This document shows positions 27,454 through 38,935 of a DNA stretch of 64,000 bases, one piece after another. The notes under the pieces are model-generated. The model was not told the DNA's origin. It saw only the letters and a list, made by a program, of their open reading frames with translations, and did not search any database. The stretch's first letter is position 1. Each line of letters begins with the position of its first letter. Made by a program: the position numbers and the translations under genes. Source of the stretch: Noviherbaspirillum sp. (GTDB lineage: Bacteria; Pseudomonadota; Gammaproteobacteria; Burkholderiales; Burkholderiaceae_D); the NCBI RefSeq assembly GCF_035254865.1, contig NZ_DATFAF010000026.1, positions 923-64,922 of the forward strand, given 5' to 3'.

Positions 27454-27523
27454 GTCCACGGAAAACACGGAAGACACGGAAATCCACAATGAATTTTCCG
27501 TGTCTTCCGTGTTTTCCGTGGAC
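27454..27523. repeat. perfect 29-bp inverted repeat (palindromic element built from CACGGAA units), probable bidirectional terminator/REP-like element
   Basis: GTCCACGGAAAACACGGAAGACACGGAAA (27454-27482), 12-nt loop, exact reverse complement (27495-27523). Lies between convergent gene ends. Confidence 0.9.
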
Positions 27524-27564
27524 AAGCCCTTTTAATCCTCGACTTTATCTAGACCTTCTGAACA

Positions 27565-29004
27565 TCATGGCTCCGCGTGCCATCCGCCGCCCAGTGCCTG
27601 GATCAGCGCGATGGCAGCCGTCTGCCGGTCCGCCTGTGCCTGCACCAGCGCGCGCCGCGAACTCAGGGCAGTCGCCTGCACACTGACCACCTCCGAAAAC
27701 GACACCTGTCCCGCGCGATAGCGATTCAGCATCAGTCGTTCCGCCTCGTCCGCGGCCTGCGATGCCTGCCGCCGCAAGTCCTGCTGACGCGCCAGCACCT
27801 GTGCTGCAGAGAGCTGGTTCTCCACATCCTGGAACGCGACAAGCACCGTCTGCCGGTAGCGTGCAGCGGCCTCTTCCTGCGCGGCTTGCGCACCCGCGAC
27901 GCGCGCGCCGGTCGCGCCGGCGTTGAACAAGGTCTGGGCGGCGGACAATCCGAGCGACCAGGCCGTGGTGCTCGCGCTGAACAGGTCCGCGACGCGGCTG
28001 CCGGCCGAGCCGTAGGAAGCGTTCAGTCCGATATTCGGGAAGTAGGCGGCCCGCGCAATGCCGATCTGTTCGTTGGCTGCCGCGACGCGCCGTTCGGCGG
28101 CCGCAATGTCGGGCCGGCGTTGCAGCAGCGTGGACGGCACACCGGCCGGAACCTGCGGCACGACGGCCGACCATGCGGCTGGCGCGAGCGCAAAATCGGC
28201 CGGTGCCTTGCCGAGCAGGACGGCAATGGCATGCTCCAGCGTCGCACGCTGTCGCGCGACGCCGGCTTCATCGGCCTGCGCATTGGCGAGCTGCGTTTCT
28301 GCCTGCAGCACATCCGTCTTGGTGGCGACGCCGGCAGCATAGCGATTGCGCGCGATCTGCAATGCACGCTCATAGCCGGCGATCGTGTCGCGCAACAAGG
28401 CTCCCTGCGTATCGGCCAGGCGCAGTGAAAAATAGTTCGCCGCCAATTCCCCCTGTGCTGACAGCTTGGCGGACGCGAGATCGGCGGCGCTGGCCTGCGC
28501 GCTTGCGCTGGCGCTGTTCGCTGCTCCGCGCAAGCGGCCCCAGACGTCGGGCTCCCAGCTTGCACCGATACTTACTTGCACATTGTTGCCGCTGCGGCTG
28601 CTGGCCGTGCGCGCGCTGGACGATGTGCTCGAGGTGCCGCCGCTTCCGGAGCGTGTCGCGCCGGCGTCCAGCGAAACAACCGGGAACAAGGCTGCGCGCT
28701 GCTGCTGCACCAACGCACGCGCCTGCGCATACGCAGCGGTGGCAGCGGCGATGTTCTGGTTCGACACCTCGACTGCCGATTCCAGCTCGTTGAGCACCGG
28801 ATCATTGAACAAGGTCCACCACGTGCCGCGATCGAGCGCGTCGGACGGCGTGGCGGCGACCCAGCCCTGCGCTTCCTTGAACGCTGCGGGAGCCGGAGTG
28901 GCCGGACGTTCATACACAGGGCTGAGCGCGCAGCCGCCAAGCAGGAGTGGCAACAGGCCCAGGCAAAGCGTGCGGCGGCGCGAGGACGGAAAAGAAGATG
29001 GCAT
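27565..29004 (-). CDS. RND efflux outer-membrane factor lipoprotein (NodT/OprM family)
   Basis: Lipobox LLLGGC. 479 aa with tandem OEP repeats. Last gene of the mdtABC cluster. Confidence 0.9.
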   Translation of the reverse strand: MPSSFPSSRRRTLCLGLLPLLLGGCALSPVYERPATPAPAAFKEAQGWVAATPSDALDRGTWWTLFNDPVLNELESAVEVSNQNIAAATAAYAQARALVQQQRAALFPVVSLDAGATRSGSGGTSSTSSSARTASSRSGNNVQVSIGASWEPDVWGRLRGAANSASASAQASAADLASAKLSAQGELAANYFSLRLADTQGALLRDTIAGYERALQIARNRYAAGVATKTDVLQAETQLANAQADEAGVARQRATLEHAIAVLLGKAPADFALAPAAWSAVVPQVPAGVPSTLLQRRPDIAAAERRVAAANEQIGIARAAYFPNIGLNASYGSAGSRVADLFSASTTAWSLGLSAAQTLFNAGATGARVAGAQAAQEEAAARYRQTVLVAFQDVENQLSAAQVLARQQDLRRQASQAADEAERLMLNRYRAGQVSFSEVVSVQATALSSRRALVQAQADRQTAAIALIQALGGGWHAEP

Positions 29005-29015
29005 GGTCGATCACT

Positions 29016-32000
29016 TCAGGTTGGTTCGGAGCCGGGCGACGGCTCGTTGGCGATCCGGCTCAGTTGGCGTTCGTCGGGCTTGCGGCGGCGCAGCTTGTCG
29101 AGCAGCAGATAGACGACCGGCGTGGTCAGCAGTGTCAGCACCTGGCTGGCGATCAGTCCGCCGATAATCGCGACACCGAGCGGCCGGCGCAGTTCTGCAC
29201 CTTCGCCGAATCCGATCGCCAATGGCAGCGCGCCGAGCGCCGCCGCCAGTGTCGTCATCAGGATCGGGCGGAAGCGCAGCAGACAGGCTTCGCGCACCGC
29301 TTCGATCGAGGAGATGCCGCGCGCACGCTCGGCTTCGAGCGCGAAGTCGATGATCAGGATCGCGTTCTTCTTCACGATGCCGATCAGCAGGAATACGCCG
29401 ATCAGCGCGATGATGGAAAACTCCATGTTGAACATCAGCAGCGCCAGCACCGCGCCCACGCCGGCCGACGGCAGCGTCGACAGCACGGTGATCGGATGCA
29501 CCAGGCTTTCATACAGGATGCCGAGCACGATGTAGATCACGATCAGCGCAGCCGCAATCAGCATGGGCTGCTGCGATTGCGATTCCTGGAAACTGCGCGC
29601 GGTGCCCTGAAAGCTGCCGCGCACATTGGCCGGCATGCCAATATCCGCTTCAGCCTGCTGGATCGCCAGCTGTGCGTCGCCGAGCTTGTAGCCGTCGGCG
29701 AGATTGAAGGAGATCGTCGTATCGAGTTCGGCATCTTCGTGCGTGATCGAACCGGGCGTGGCACGCTCGGAGAAACGGGCGAACGCCGACAGCGGCACCA
29801 TGGTGGACGGCGCGGTGCTGATCGCCTGTCCGCTGGATTGATCGCGCAGACCGGGATTGATCACTGGAGTCGCATTGCCGTTTGCGGCACTCGCCTGCGC
29901 TGTAACGGAAGCATTGGCCTTGGAAGGCACGTAAATATCGCCGAGCGCCTGCGGACCCCGCGCATATTCCGGCGCGACCTCCATGATGACGTGATACTGG
30001 TTCAGCTCGTCATAGATGGTCGCGACCTGGCGCTGGCCGAATGCGTCGTACAAGGCATTGTCAACATCGCGCGAGCTGATGCCGAGCCGCGCCGCACTGT
30101 CGCGGTCGACATCGACGAAGGTTTCGACGCCATACTCCTCCTGGTCGGTATCGACATCGATCAGCGCCGGCTGCTGCTTCATCGCGTCGGCCAGGCGCGT
30201 CGCCCAGCGCTGCAAATCGGCCCGGTTGTCACTCTTCAGGCTGTACTGGTAGGTGGACGTGGTCATCCGTCCGCCCATGCGCACGTCCTGCACCGGATTC
30301 AGGAACAGGGTGACGCCGGTGACGCGCGCCAGTTGCGGGCGCAGCCGTGCAATCACCGCCTGCCCGCTGTCCGTACGCTCCGAGGCCGGCTTCAGATTGA
30401 CGAACATGAACCCGCCGCCGGTCCTTCCGCCGCCCGTGAAGCCAACCACCGTATCGACGGCGGGGTCCTGGCGAATGATGTTGACCAGTTGGCGCAGCTT
30501 GCCTTGCATCGCCTGGAAGGAAATGCTGCGGTCCGCGCGCAGGCCGCCATTGAGCTGGCCGGTATCCTGCTGCGGGAAGAATCCCTTCGGCGCGGCAATG
30601 AACAGATACACGTTCAAGCCAATCACCGCCGCCAGGATCAGCAGGATCAGCCAGCGGTGATACAGCGCCCACTCCAGGCTGTGCGCATAACCGCGTTGCA
30701 AGTGGCCGAAGCCGCGCTCGAAGAAGCGTGCAATCCTGCCTTGCGGCCTATCCGCGGTGTGGGGCTTGAGCAGCCACGCGCACATCATCGGCGTGGTGGT
30801 CAGCGAGATCACCATGGAAATCAATACCGCCGCCGACAGCGTCACCGCGAATTCCCGGAACAGCCGACCGACCTGCCCGCCCATGAACAGCAAGGGAATG
30901 AAGACCGCCACCAGCGACAGGCTGATCGAGAGCACGGTAAAGCCGACCTCGCGGGCACCCAGCAGTGCCGCGCGGAAGCGATCCATGCCGCCTTCGATGT
31001 GGCGTGCGGTGTTCTCCAGCACGACGATCGCATCGTCCACCACGAAACCGGTCGCCACCGTGAGTGCCATCAGGCTCAGGTTGTTCAGGCTGAAGCCCAG
31101 CAAGTACATGACGCCGAAGGTGCCGAGCAGCGATACTACCGTCGCCACGGCGGGAATGATGGTGGCGCGCGCGCTGCGCAGGAAGGCGCTGACCACCAGC
31201 ACTACCAGCGCCAGCGCGATCAGCAAGGTGATTTCGATTTCCTTGAGCGAGGCGCGAACGGAGATGGTGCGGTCGGACGCAACCTGCAAGCGCACATCCG
31301 GCGGCAACTGTGCCTGCAACGTCGGCAGCAATGCGCGCACGCTGTCTACGGTCTCGATCACGTTGGCGCCCGGCTGGCGGGTGATCAGCACGATCACCGC
31401 CGGCTGGCCGTTGAACAGGCCGAGCGTATGCGTATCCTCGACGCTGTCGATGACTTGCGCCACTTCGGAGAGCCGCACCGCTGCACCGTTACGCCAGGCC
31501 ACGACCAGGCCGCGATAATCCGCGGCGGTGGGCCGGCGGCTGTCCGCGCCGGCCTGCGAATAAATCTGCAGCCGTCGCCCCTCGCCTTCGACCGAGCCCT
31601 TGGGCCGGTTGGCGGTGCTCGCCTGGATCGCCGCGCGCACGTCTTCCATGCTGATGCCGTTGCGGTTGAGTGCGAACGGCAACAGTTCCACCCGCACCGC
31701 CGGCAGCGAGCCGCCGCCGAGTTCCACGTCGCCCACGCCCGGCACCTGCGCCAGCTTCTGCTGCACCAGGTTCGAGACTTCTTCATAGATCTGGCCGGGC
31801 GAGCGCGTCTGCGATGTCAGCGCGAGGATCAGCACCGGCGCATCGGACGGATTGATCTTGCGATAGGTCGGGTTGCTGCGCAGCGTCGCAGGCAGGTCGA
31901 CGCGCGCCGCATTGATCGCGGCCTGCACTTCGCGCGCGGCGGAATCGATCTTGCGATTGAGGTCGAATTGCAGGCTGATGCGGGTCGATCCGTTGCCGCT

Positions 32001-32249
32001 GCTGGACGTCATTTCGTTGACGCCGGCAATGACGCCGAGCCTGCGCTCCAGCGGCGTCGCGACGCTGGACGCCATGGTTTCCGGGCTGGCGCCGGGCAGC
32101 CGCGCGCTCACCGAGATGGCCGGGAACTCGACTTGCGGCAGCGGCGAAACCGGCAGCACGAAGAAGGCGGCGATGCCCGCCAGCGCGAGGCCGATGGTCA
32201 GCAGCACCGTGGCAACCGGGCGGCGGACGAAGGGCGAGGACAGATTCAC
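29016..32249 (-). CDS. mdtC: RND multidrug efflux permease
   Basis: 1077 aa with AcrB/MdtC-type 12-TM architecture. GTG start overlaps the mdtB stop (GTGA). Confidence 0.88.
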   Translation of the reverse strand: MNLSSPFVRRPVATVLLTIGLALAGIAAFFVLPVSPLPQVEFPAISVSARLPGASPETMASSVATPLERRLGVIAGVNEMTSSSGNGSTRISLQFDLNRKIDSAAREVQAAINAARVDLPATLRSNPTYRKINPSDAPVLILALTSQTRSPGQIYEEVSNLVQQKLAQVPGVGDVELGGGSLPAVRVELLPFALNRNGISMEDVRAAIQASTANRPKGSVEGEGRRLQIYSQAGADSRRPTAADYRGLVVAWRNGAAVRLSEVAQVIDSVEDTHTLGLFNGQPAVIVLITRQPGANVIETVDSVRALLPTLQAQLPPDVRLQVASDRTISVRASLKEIEITLLIALALVVLVVSAFLRSARATIIPAVATVVSLLGTFGVMYLLGFSLNNLSLMALTVATGFVVDDAIVVLENTARHIEGGMDRFRAALLGAREVGFTVLSISLSLVAVFIPLLFMGGQVGRLFREFAVTLSAAVLISMVISLTTTPMMCAWLLKPHTADRPQGRIARFFERGFGHLQRGYAHSLEWALYHRWLILLILAAVIGLNVYLFIAAPKGFFPQQDTGQLNGGLRADRSISFQAMQGKLRQLVNIIRQDPAVDTVVGFTGGGRTGGGFMFVNLKPASERTDSGQAVIARLRPQLARVTGVTLFLNPVQDVRMGGRMTTSTYQYSLKSDNRADLQRWATRLADAMKQQPALIDVDTDQEEYGVETFVDVDRDSAARLGISSRDVDNALYDAFGQRQVATIYDELNQYHVIMEVAPEYARGPQALGDIYVPSKANASVTAQASAANGNATPVINPGLRDQSSGQAISTAPSTMVPLSAFARFSERATPGSITHEDAELDTTISFNLADGYKLGDAQLAIQQAEADIGMPANVRGSFQGTARSFQESQSQQPMLIAAALIVIYIVLGILYESLVHPITVLSTLPSAGVGAVLALLMFNMEFSIIALIGVFLLIGIVKKNAILIIDFALEAERARGISSIEAVREACLLRFRPILMTTLAAALGALPLAIGFGEGAELRRPLGVAIIGGLIASQVLTLLTTPVVYLLLDKLRRRKPDERQLSRIANEPSPGSEPT

Positions 32250-35200
32250 TGCGCGTCTCCGGCTGCGTCGGTGTGCGGGCGCGACCAGCGACGTCCGAGG
32301 CGGTCGAAGCCGAGGTAAATCACCGGCGTGGTGAACAGGGTGAGCATCTGGCTCACGATCAGGCCGCCGAAAATCGACAGGCCCAGCGGCCGGCGCAGCT
32401 CCGCGCCGTCACCCCAGCCGAACATCAGCGGCAAGGCGGCAAACAGCGCGGCCAGCGTTGTCATCAGGATAGGCCGGAAGCGCAGCAGCGCCGCCTGGTG
32501 AATCGCCTCGCGCGGCGACCTGCCCTCGTTACGCTCGGCGTCGATGGCGAAGTCGATCATCATGATCGCGTTCTTCTTCACAATGCCGATCAGCAGGATG
32601 ATGCCGATGATGCCGATCACGCCGAGATCGTGGCCGGCAATGATGAGCGCCAGCAATGCGCCCACGCCGGCCGAGGGCAGCGTCGAGAGGATCGTGAGCG
32701 GGTGAATGTAGCTTTCATACAGCACGCCGAGCACGATATAGACGCACACCACCGCCGCCAGGATCAGCCAGAGCTGGTTGGTCAGCGACGCCTGGTAAGC
32801 GCTGGCCGCGCCAAGGAAAGTGAGGCTGACTGAAGGCGGAAGATTGACGTCTTTTGCAGCCTGCCGGATGGCATCGACAGCCTGGCCCAGCGATGCGCCG
32901 GATGCAGTGTCGAAGCCGATGGTGGTGGCCGGATATTGCGCAACATGCGTGATCTGCAAGGGAGCGGTTTCCTCGCTGATGCTGGCGACGGCATTGAGCG
33001 GCGTGGTCTTGCCGGAGCCGGTGCGCAGCGGCAACTGGCCGAGCGAGCCTGGCGTCGCGATGTCGGGCCGCGCCTCGAGGATCACGCGGTACTGGTCGGT
33101 TTGCGTGAAGATGGTCGAGATGATGCGTTGCCCGAAGGCGCTGTAGAGCGCGTCGTCGATGGTGGCGGCCGAGATCGACAGGCGCGATGCAGTATCGCGG
33201 TCGATGTTGATATTGGCGGTCGTGCCGCTCACGCCGGCGTCGGACACCACGTTGCGCAGCTCGGCACTTTCGCGCATGCGCTGCGCGAGCCGGCCGGCCC
33301 ATTGCGTGACTGCGGCATTGTCGGCGCCTTCCATCGAGACGCGGTACTGCGTCGGCCCGGTTTCCGCATCGATCGTCAGGTCCTGCGTCGGTTGCAGGTA
33401 CAGCTTGAGGCCGGCGATGCGTCCGACGCGCTCGCGCAGCCTCTCCATTGTTTCCTGCTGAGGATCGCTGCGGCCGCGCTTGAGGTTGATCAGCATGCTG
33501 CCGGTATGCAGCATGGTATTGCTAGCGGCATCGACGCCGACCAGCGAGCTGAGCGAGGCAACATCGGGGTCGTCGAGAATGGCCCTGGCTGCTTGCTGCT
33601 GGAGCTCGGACATGCGCGCGAAGGACACGTTTTCGGCGGCCTCGACCCGTGCCTGCAATTGCCCGGTGTCCTGCACGGGGAACAGGCCCTTCGGGATCAG
33701 CGCATACAGCAGCACGGTGACCACCAGCGTTGCCAGCGCGACCAGCAGCGTGAGCGGCTGGTGCTCCAGCACCCATTGCAGCGCGGTGTCGTAACGATGG
33801 ATGATGCGTTCGAACCCCGCCTGCATGCGCGCGCCGACGCCGTGACGACGGCTTTCCGGGCCGGAATGCCAGCGCGCCGACATCATCGGCACCAGGGTCA
33901 GCGACACCACCGCCGAGATCAGAATGGTGATCGCCAGCGTCACCGCAAACTCGCGGAACAGCCGCCCCACCACGTCGCCCATGAAGAGCAGCGGAATCAG
34001 CACCGCGATCAGCGACACGGTCAGTGAAATGATGGTGAAGCCGATCTGCGCCGCGCCTTTGAGTGCCGCCTGCATCGGCGCTTCGCCGCGCTCCACGTAG
34101 CGCGCGATGTTCTCGATCATCACGATCGCATCGTCCACCACGAAGCCGGTCGCGATCGTCAGCGCCATCAGACTCAGGTTGTTCAAACTGTAGCCGAGCA
34201 GGTACATCGCGCCGCAAGTGCCGATCAGCGAGATCGGTACCGCGAGGCTGGCGATCACCGTGGCGCGCAGGTCATGCAGGAAGGCGAAGATGACCAGCAC
34301 CACCAGCACGACGGCGAGAATGAGTTCGATCTCCACATGCTCGACCGAGGAGCGGATGCCGGCGGTGCGGTCGCTCAGCACATCGACGCGCAAGGAGGCC
34401 GGCAGGCCGGCCTCCAGCTCGGGCAGACGCTTCTTGATCGCGTCCACGGTCGCGATCACATTAGCGCCCGGCTGGCGCTGCACGTTCAGGATGATGGCCG
34501 GCTTCAGGCCCGCCCACGCGGCCAAGCGGACGTTTTCCGCGCTGTCGACCACTTGCGCAACGCTCGACAGCCGCACCGGTGCGCCGTTGCGGTAGGCAAC
34601 GATCAGGTTCTTGTAGTCATCGACGGTCAGCAACTGGTCGTTGGCATTGATCGAGAAGGCACGGGTCGGCCCGTCCAGGTTGCCCTTCGCGCCGTTGGCA
34701 TTGGCAGCGCTGATCGCCGTGCGCAGGTTGTCGAGGCCCAGCCCGTAGGAAGCGAGCAACTGGGTATCAGCCTGGATGCGCACCGCCGGCCGCTGCCCGC
34801 CGGAGAGCGTGACGAGGCCGACGCCGGACACCTGGCTGATCTTCAGCGCGAGGCGGGTATTGACGAGGTTCTGCACTTCGGTCAACGGCAGCGTGTCGGA
34901 TGTGATCGCCAGGGTCAGCACCGGCGCATCGGCCGGGTTGACCTTGGCATAGACCGGCGGCGCGGGCAGGTCCGCCGGCAGCAAGGAGCCGGATGCGTTG
35001 ATGGCGGCCTGTACCTCCTGCTCGGCCACATCCAGCGTCTGACCGAGTCCGAATTGCAGCGTGACGATGGAAACGCCGGCCGCGCTGGTGGAACTCATGC
35101 GCTGCAGGCCGGCCATCTGGCCGAACTGGCGCTCCAGCGGCGCGGTCACACTGCGGCTCATGACTTCCGGACTGCCACCCGGATACAGTGTCTGCACCTG

Positions 35201-35335
35201 GATGGTCGGGAAATCGACCTGCGGCAGCGCAGACAGCGGCAGGAACTTGTAGCCGATGATGCCGGCCAGGACGATAGCCAGCATCAGCAGCGACGTGGCA
35301 ACCGGCCGCAGGATAAAGGGGCGGGATGGACTCAT
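32246..35335 (-). CDS. mdtB: RND multidrug efflux permease
   Basis: 1029-aa RND permease, paralogous to the downstream gene. The tandem RND pair is typical of MdtBC. Confidence 0.88.
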   Translation of the reverse strand: MSPSRPFILRPVATSLLMLAIVLAGIIGYKFLPLSALPQVDFPTIQVQTLYPGGSPEVMSRSVTAPLERQFGQMAGLQRMSSTSAAGVSIVTLQFGLGQTLDVAEQEVQAAINASGSLLPADLPAPPVYAKVNPADAPVLTLAITSDTLPLTEVQNLVNTRLALKISQVSGVGLVTLSGGQRPAVRIQADTQLLASYGLGLDNLRTAISAANANGAKGNLDGPTRAFSINANDQLLTVDDYKNLIVAYRNGAPVRLSSVAQVVDSAENVRLAAWAGLKPAIILNVQRQPGANVIATVDAIKKRLPELEAGLPASLRVDVLSDRTAGIRSSVEHVEIELILAVVLVVLVIFAFLHDLRATVIASLAVPISLIGTCGAMYLLGYSLNNLSLMALTIATGFVVDDAIVMIENIARYVERGEAPMQAALKGAAQIGFTIISLTVSLIAVLIPLLFMGDVVGRLFREFAVTLAITILISAVVSLTLVPMMSARWHSGPESRRHGVGARMQAGFERIIHRYDTALQWVLEHQPLTLLVALATLVVTVLLYALIPKGLFPVQDTGQLQARVEAAENVSFARMSELQQQAARAILDDPDVASLSSLVGVDAASNTMLHTGSMLINLKRGRSDPQQETMERLRERVGRIAGLKLYLQPTQDLTIDAETGPTQYRVSMEGADNAAVTQWAGRLAQRMRESAELRNVVSDAGVSGTTANINIDRDTASRLSISAATIDDALYSAFGQRIISTIFTQTDQYRVILEARPDIATPGSLGQLPLRTGSGKTTPLNAVASISEETAPLQITHVAQYPATTIGFDTASGASLGQAVDAIRQAAKDVNLPPSVSLTFLGAASAYQASLTNQLWLILAAVVCVYIVLGVLYESYIHPLTILSTLPSAGVGALLALIIAGHDLGVIGIIGIILLIGIVKKNAIMMIDFAIDAERNEGRSPREAIHQAALLRFRPILMTTLAALFAALPLMFGWGDGAELRRPLGLSIFGGLIVSQMLTLFTTPVIYLGFDRLGRRWSRPHTDAAGDAQ

Positions 35336-35380
35336 GCTGTCAATTTGCTTGGAAAGGCGCTGCGCACGGCAGGTGATCGA

Positions 35381-36697
35381 TCATCGCGCGGCCGCTCCCG
35401 GCCGGCTGCGCGGCTCGCCGGATGCGGGCGAGGAAGAATTGCCGGAGCCTGCGCGATTTCTTCCCTGCCCGCCCTGGCGTCCGCCCCGCTCGCCGGCGGC
35501 TGGCCGGTCGCCCGGCAGGCTCACATGGGCGCCATCCTTGAGGCGATCGGCTCCTTCGGTAATGACCTGCTCACCGGCATTCAGGCCCGAGACGATCTGT
35601 ACCTTGTCGCCGGCGACCACTCCCCGCGTCACCGGGCGCTGTGCGACGGTGCGCTCGGCGGGATTGAGCACGTAGACGTAATCGCCGCTGTTGCCGTGCC
35701 GCAGGGCATTGATCGGTACCAGGATCGCGCCCTCGACCTGGCGCACCAGCAGACGCACGTTGACGAACTGGCTGGGAAACAGGCTGTGCTTGCTGTTGGC
35801 GAAACGGGCCTTGGCCTTCACCGTTCCGGTCTGCACATCGACCTGGTTGTCCATGGCGAGGAAGCGTCCGGTTTCCAGTTCCACGCTGCGCGTGCGATCG
35901 AGTGCCGTGACGGGCATTTTTGCCTCCTCGTTGATGCGGGCGCGCAATTCCCCGATGCGGTCCTGCGGCATGGCGAATTCGACATCGATCGGCTCGGTCT
36001 GGGTAATGACGACGATGCCGTTGGCGTCGCCGGGTCCGACCACGTTGCCGATGTCGACCACGCGCAAGCCGACACGACCGCTGATCGGCGCCGTCACCCT
36101 GGTATAGCCCAGGTTAAGGCGGGCGGTGCCTTCATTGGCGCGATCGCTGATGACGGTGCCTTCCAATTGCTTGACCAGCGCGGCCTGAGTCTCGACGTCC
36201 TGGCGCGCGATCGAATCCTGCCCGAGCAGCGTGCGATAACGCTCCAGCACCAATTTCGCGTTTTCCAGCTGCGCTTCGTCGCGCTGGCGCTGCCCGGTCG
36301 CCTGCATCAGCGTCATTTCGAACTGGCGCGGGTCGATCAGCGCCAGCAGCTGGCCGGCCTTTACCATCTGCCCCTCGTGGAAGTGCACTTCTTTCAACAC
36401 GCCCGACACCTGCGGACGGACGGTCGCGGTGGCGGCGGCCATGACCGTGCCCAGCGCCTCGACCGTAACCGGCAGGTCGGTCCGTTCGGCGCTTGCCACG
36501 CCCACCGTGGTCGGCGGCGGCCCGCCGCGGCGTCCGCCGGAGCCCGCGCCGCCTTGCGCGGACGGGTGCGTGAGGTGCCATGCCAGCCAGCCCAGCGCCG
36601 CCAGTGCCAGCAGCGCAAGGAGCACGCCAATGAAGGATTTCCGCCCGGCGCGCCTGGATGGCGATCCGACGCGGTGTTTTTCTGCTTGTGAATCCAT
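35381..36697 (-). CDS. mdtA: RND efflux membrane fusion (periplasmic adaptor) protein
   Basis: N-terminal TM anchor, then HlyD/MFP lipoyl and beta-barrel regions (GQLLALIDPRQFE...). Confidence 0.88.
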   Translation of the reverse strand: MDSQAEKHRVGSPSRRAGRKSFIGVLLALLALAALGWLAWHLTHPSAQGGAGSGGRRGGPPPTTVGVASAERTDLPVTVEALGTVMAAATATVRPQVSGVLKEVHFHEGQMVKAGQLLALIDPRQFEMTLMQATGQRQRDEAQLENAKLVLERYRTLLGQDSIARQDVETQAALVKQLEGTVISDRANEGTARLNLGYTRVTAPISGRVGLRVVDIGNVVGPGDANGIVVITQTEPIDVEFAMPQDRIGELRARINEEAKMPVTALDRTRSVELETGRFLAMDNQVDVQTGTVKAKARFANSKHSLFPSQFVNVRLLVRQVEGAILVPINALRHGNSGDYVYVLNPAERTVAQRPVTRGVVAGDKVQIVSGLNAGEQVITEGADRLKDGAHVSLPGDRPAAGERGGRQGGQGRNRAGSGNSSSPASGEPRSRPGAAAR

Positions 36698-36894
36698 GAA
36701 ATTCCCTTAAATACAGCGGACGGACACCATGGTATCGCTGCGCCTGGAACTTGCGTATAGGCATGTGTCTGTTTCGATCCGCAAAACTTGCCTCATATTC
36801 TCGTCCTTTTGTATCCGGCACTTGTCAGCAGGCCAGAGATTTGTATCGAAATGTCCGCTTCCGATCGGCAACACGCGGAACTTGCCCGGCGGGC

Positions 36895-36921
36895 CTTGAA
36901 ATATTTCAACCTGCCCCAATA
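36895..36921 (+). promoter_or_regulatory. sigma32-type heat-shock promoter of htpG
   Basis: CTTGAAA (36895-36901), 12-nt spacer, CCCCAATA (36914-36921), about 45 nt upstream of the htpG ATG. Confidence 0.65.
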
Positions 36922-36965
36922 ATTGGTAAAAAATTATCGTTCCATCATCGACTTTTGAGGAAAAA

Positions 36966-38879
36966 ATGGCTGTCACCGAAAAGCAAACCCTGGGTTTTCA
37001 GGCAGAAGTCAAGCAACTGCTGCAACTGATGATTCACTCCTTGTACTCCAACAAGGAAATTTTCCTGCGCGAACTGATCTCCAACGCGTCGGACGCCACG
37101 GACAAGCTGCGTTTCGAAGCAATGAACAACGCCAGCCTGTTTGAAAACGATCCGGACCTGAAGATCAAAGTCACCTTTGACAAGGCCGCGCGCACCATCA
37201 CCATTTCCGACAACGGCATCGGCATGAGCCGCGAGGAAACCATTGAACACCTCGGCACCATTGCCAAGTCCGGCACCAAGGAATTCTTCTCGAAACTCTC
37301 CGGCGACCAGCAGAAGGACGCGGCGCTGATCGGCCAGTTCGGTGTCGGCTTCTATTCCGCCTTCATCGTGGCCGACAAGATCACGGTGGAAACCCGCCGC
37401 GCCGGCCTCCCCGCCGCGCAGGGCGTGCGCTGGGAATCGGCCGGCGAAGGCGACTTCAGCGTCGAGCCGATCGACAAGCCGTCGCGCGGCACCGACATCA
37501 CGCTGCATCTGCGCGAAGGCGAGGACGAATTCCTGTCGTCCTGGAAGTTGAAATCGATCATCCGCAAGTATTCCGACCACATCTCCCTGCCCATTCTGAT
37601 GCAGAAAGAGGAATGGGACGATGAGAAGAAGGAAACCGTCATCAAGGACGAGTTCGAAACCGTCAACCAGGCCAGCGCCCTGTGGTCGCGCAGCAAATCC
37701 GACATTACGCCGGAGCAGTACGAAGAGTTCTACAAGCACGTCTCGCACGATTTCGAAGGCCCGCTCGCCTATACGCACAACCGCGTCGAGGGACGCAGCG
37801 AATACACCCAGCTGCTGTACATTCCGAAGCGCGCACCCTTCGACTTGTGGGACCGCAACAAGCGCAGCGGCATCAAGCTGTATGTGAAGCGCGTATTCAT
37901 CATGGACGACGCCGAGCAGCTGATGCCGATCTACCTGCGCTTCATCAAGGGCGTGATCGACTCGGCCGACCTGCCGCTGAACGTCTCGCGCGAGATCCTG
38001 CAGGAGTCGCGCGACATCCGCGTCATCCGCGAAGGCTCGACCAAGCGCGTGCTCGGTTTGCTGGAAGAACTGGCTAACAGCGAGGACCAGGAACAGAAGG
38101 ACAAGTACACCACCTTCTGGAAAGAATTCGGCCAGGTGCTCAAGGAAGGCATCGGCGAAGACCAGGCCAACAAGGATCGCATCGCCAAGCTGCTGCGCTT
38201 CGCCTCCACGCACAACGACAGCGACGTGCAGAACGTCTCCTTCGCCGACTATATCGGCCGCATGAAGGAAGGCCAGGACAAGATCTTCTACATCACCGCC
38301 GAGTCTTACGCCGCGGCGAAGAACAGTCCGCATCTCGAAATCTTCCGCAAGAAAGGCGTCGAGGTACTGCTGATGACGGATCGCGTCGACGAGTGGATGC
38401 TGTCCTTCCTGCATGAAGTGGAAGGCAAGGAACTGGTGTCGGTGGCCAAGGGCGATCTGGACCTCGGCAAGCTGGAAGACGAGGCCGAGAAGAAGCAGCA
38501 CGAGGAAACCGAGAACCAGTACAAGGAACTGGTCGAGAAGATGAAGACGGCGCTGGGCGACAAGGCGAAGGACGTGCGCGTCACCTTCCGCCTGACCGAT
38601 TCGCCGGCCTGCCTGGTCGCGGACGAGCATGAACTGTCCGGCAACCTGCTGCGCATGCTGAAGGCCGCGGGACAGAACGCGCCGGAGAACAAGCCTATCC
38701 TCGAAATCAATCCCGACCATCCGCTGGTGCAGCGCTTGAAGTACGAGGAAGCGAAGTTCGACGACTGGTCGCACATCCTGTTCGATCAGGCGATGCTGGC
38801 CGAAGGCGGCAATCTGAACGACCCGGCAGGGTTCGTGAAGCGCCTGAATCAGATGCTGCTGGATATGCCGGGCCGCTAA
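36966..38879 (+). CDS. htpG: molecular chaperone Hsp90
   Basis: Full-length HtpG: [11 protein letters not shown]..., [11 protein letters not shown], 637 aa. Confidence 0.95.
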   Translation: MAVTEKQTLGFQAEVKQLLQLMIHSLYSNKEIFLRELISNASDATDKLRFEAMNNASLFENDPDLKIKVTFDKAARTITISDNGIGMSREETIEHLGTIAKSGTKEFFSKLSGDQQKDAALIGQFGVGFYSAFIVADKITVETRRAGLPAAQGVRWESAGEGDFSVEPIDKPSRGTDITLHLREGEDEFLSSWKLKSIIRKYSDHISLPILMQKEEWDDEKKETVIKDEFETVNQASALWSRSKSDITPEQYEEFYKHVSHDFEGPLAYTHNRVEGRSEYTQLLYIPKRAPFDLWDRNKRSGIKLYVKRVFIMDDAEQLMPIYLRFIKGVIDSADLPLNVSREILQESRDIRVIREGSTKRVLGLLEELANSEDQEQKDKYTTFWKEFGQVLKEGIGEDQANKDRIAKLLRFASTHNDSDVQNVSFADYIGRMKEGQDKIFYITAESYAAAKNSPHLEIFRKKGVEVLLMTDRVDEWMLSFLHEVEGKELVSVAKGDLDLGKLEDEAEKKQHEETENQYKELVEKMKTALGDKAKDVRVTFRLTDSPACLVADEHELSGNLLRMLKAAGQNAPENKPILEINPDHPLVQRLKYEEAKFDDWSHILFDQAMLAEGGNLNDPAGFVKRLNQMLLDMPGR

Positions 38880-38901
38880 GGTCTCGCCTGGATCCAAGGA
38901 C

Positions 38902-38935
38902 AACGGGCTGCCGATTTCGGCAGCCCGTTTTTTTC
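38902..38935. terminator. rho-independent terminator after htpG
   Basis: ACGGGCTGCC...GGCAGCCCGT stem followed by TTTTTTT (38928-38934). Confidence 0.8.

Noticed and set aside
28947-32318. 1123-aa plus-strand ORF covering the whole mdtC region.
   Set aside because: It is a shadow ORF antisense to a gene with clear RND homology. Its translation is Arg/Ala/Gly/His-rich low complexity, as expected from GC-rich third positions on the opposite strand. It has no RBS or motifs.
34274-36691. 805-aa plus-strand ORF antisense to mdtB/mdtA.
   Set aside because: Same reasoning: an antisense shadow of well-supported minus-strand genes.
27565-36697. The four-gene efflux cluster as a candidate novel system.
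   Set aside because: It has ordinary MdtABC-OMF architecture (MFP, two RND paralogues, NodT-type lipoprotein). Nothing is unusual except that no BaeSR-like regulator is adjacent.
36945-38903. 652-aa minus-strand ORF spanning exactly the htpG gene.
   Set aside because: The whole-gene antisense frame is striking, but the sequence is low complexity (runs of L/V/R/Q/D) with no recognisable domain. The plus-strand product is unmistakably Hsp90. I treat it as a GC-driven shadow ORF.
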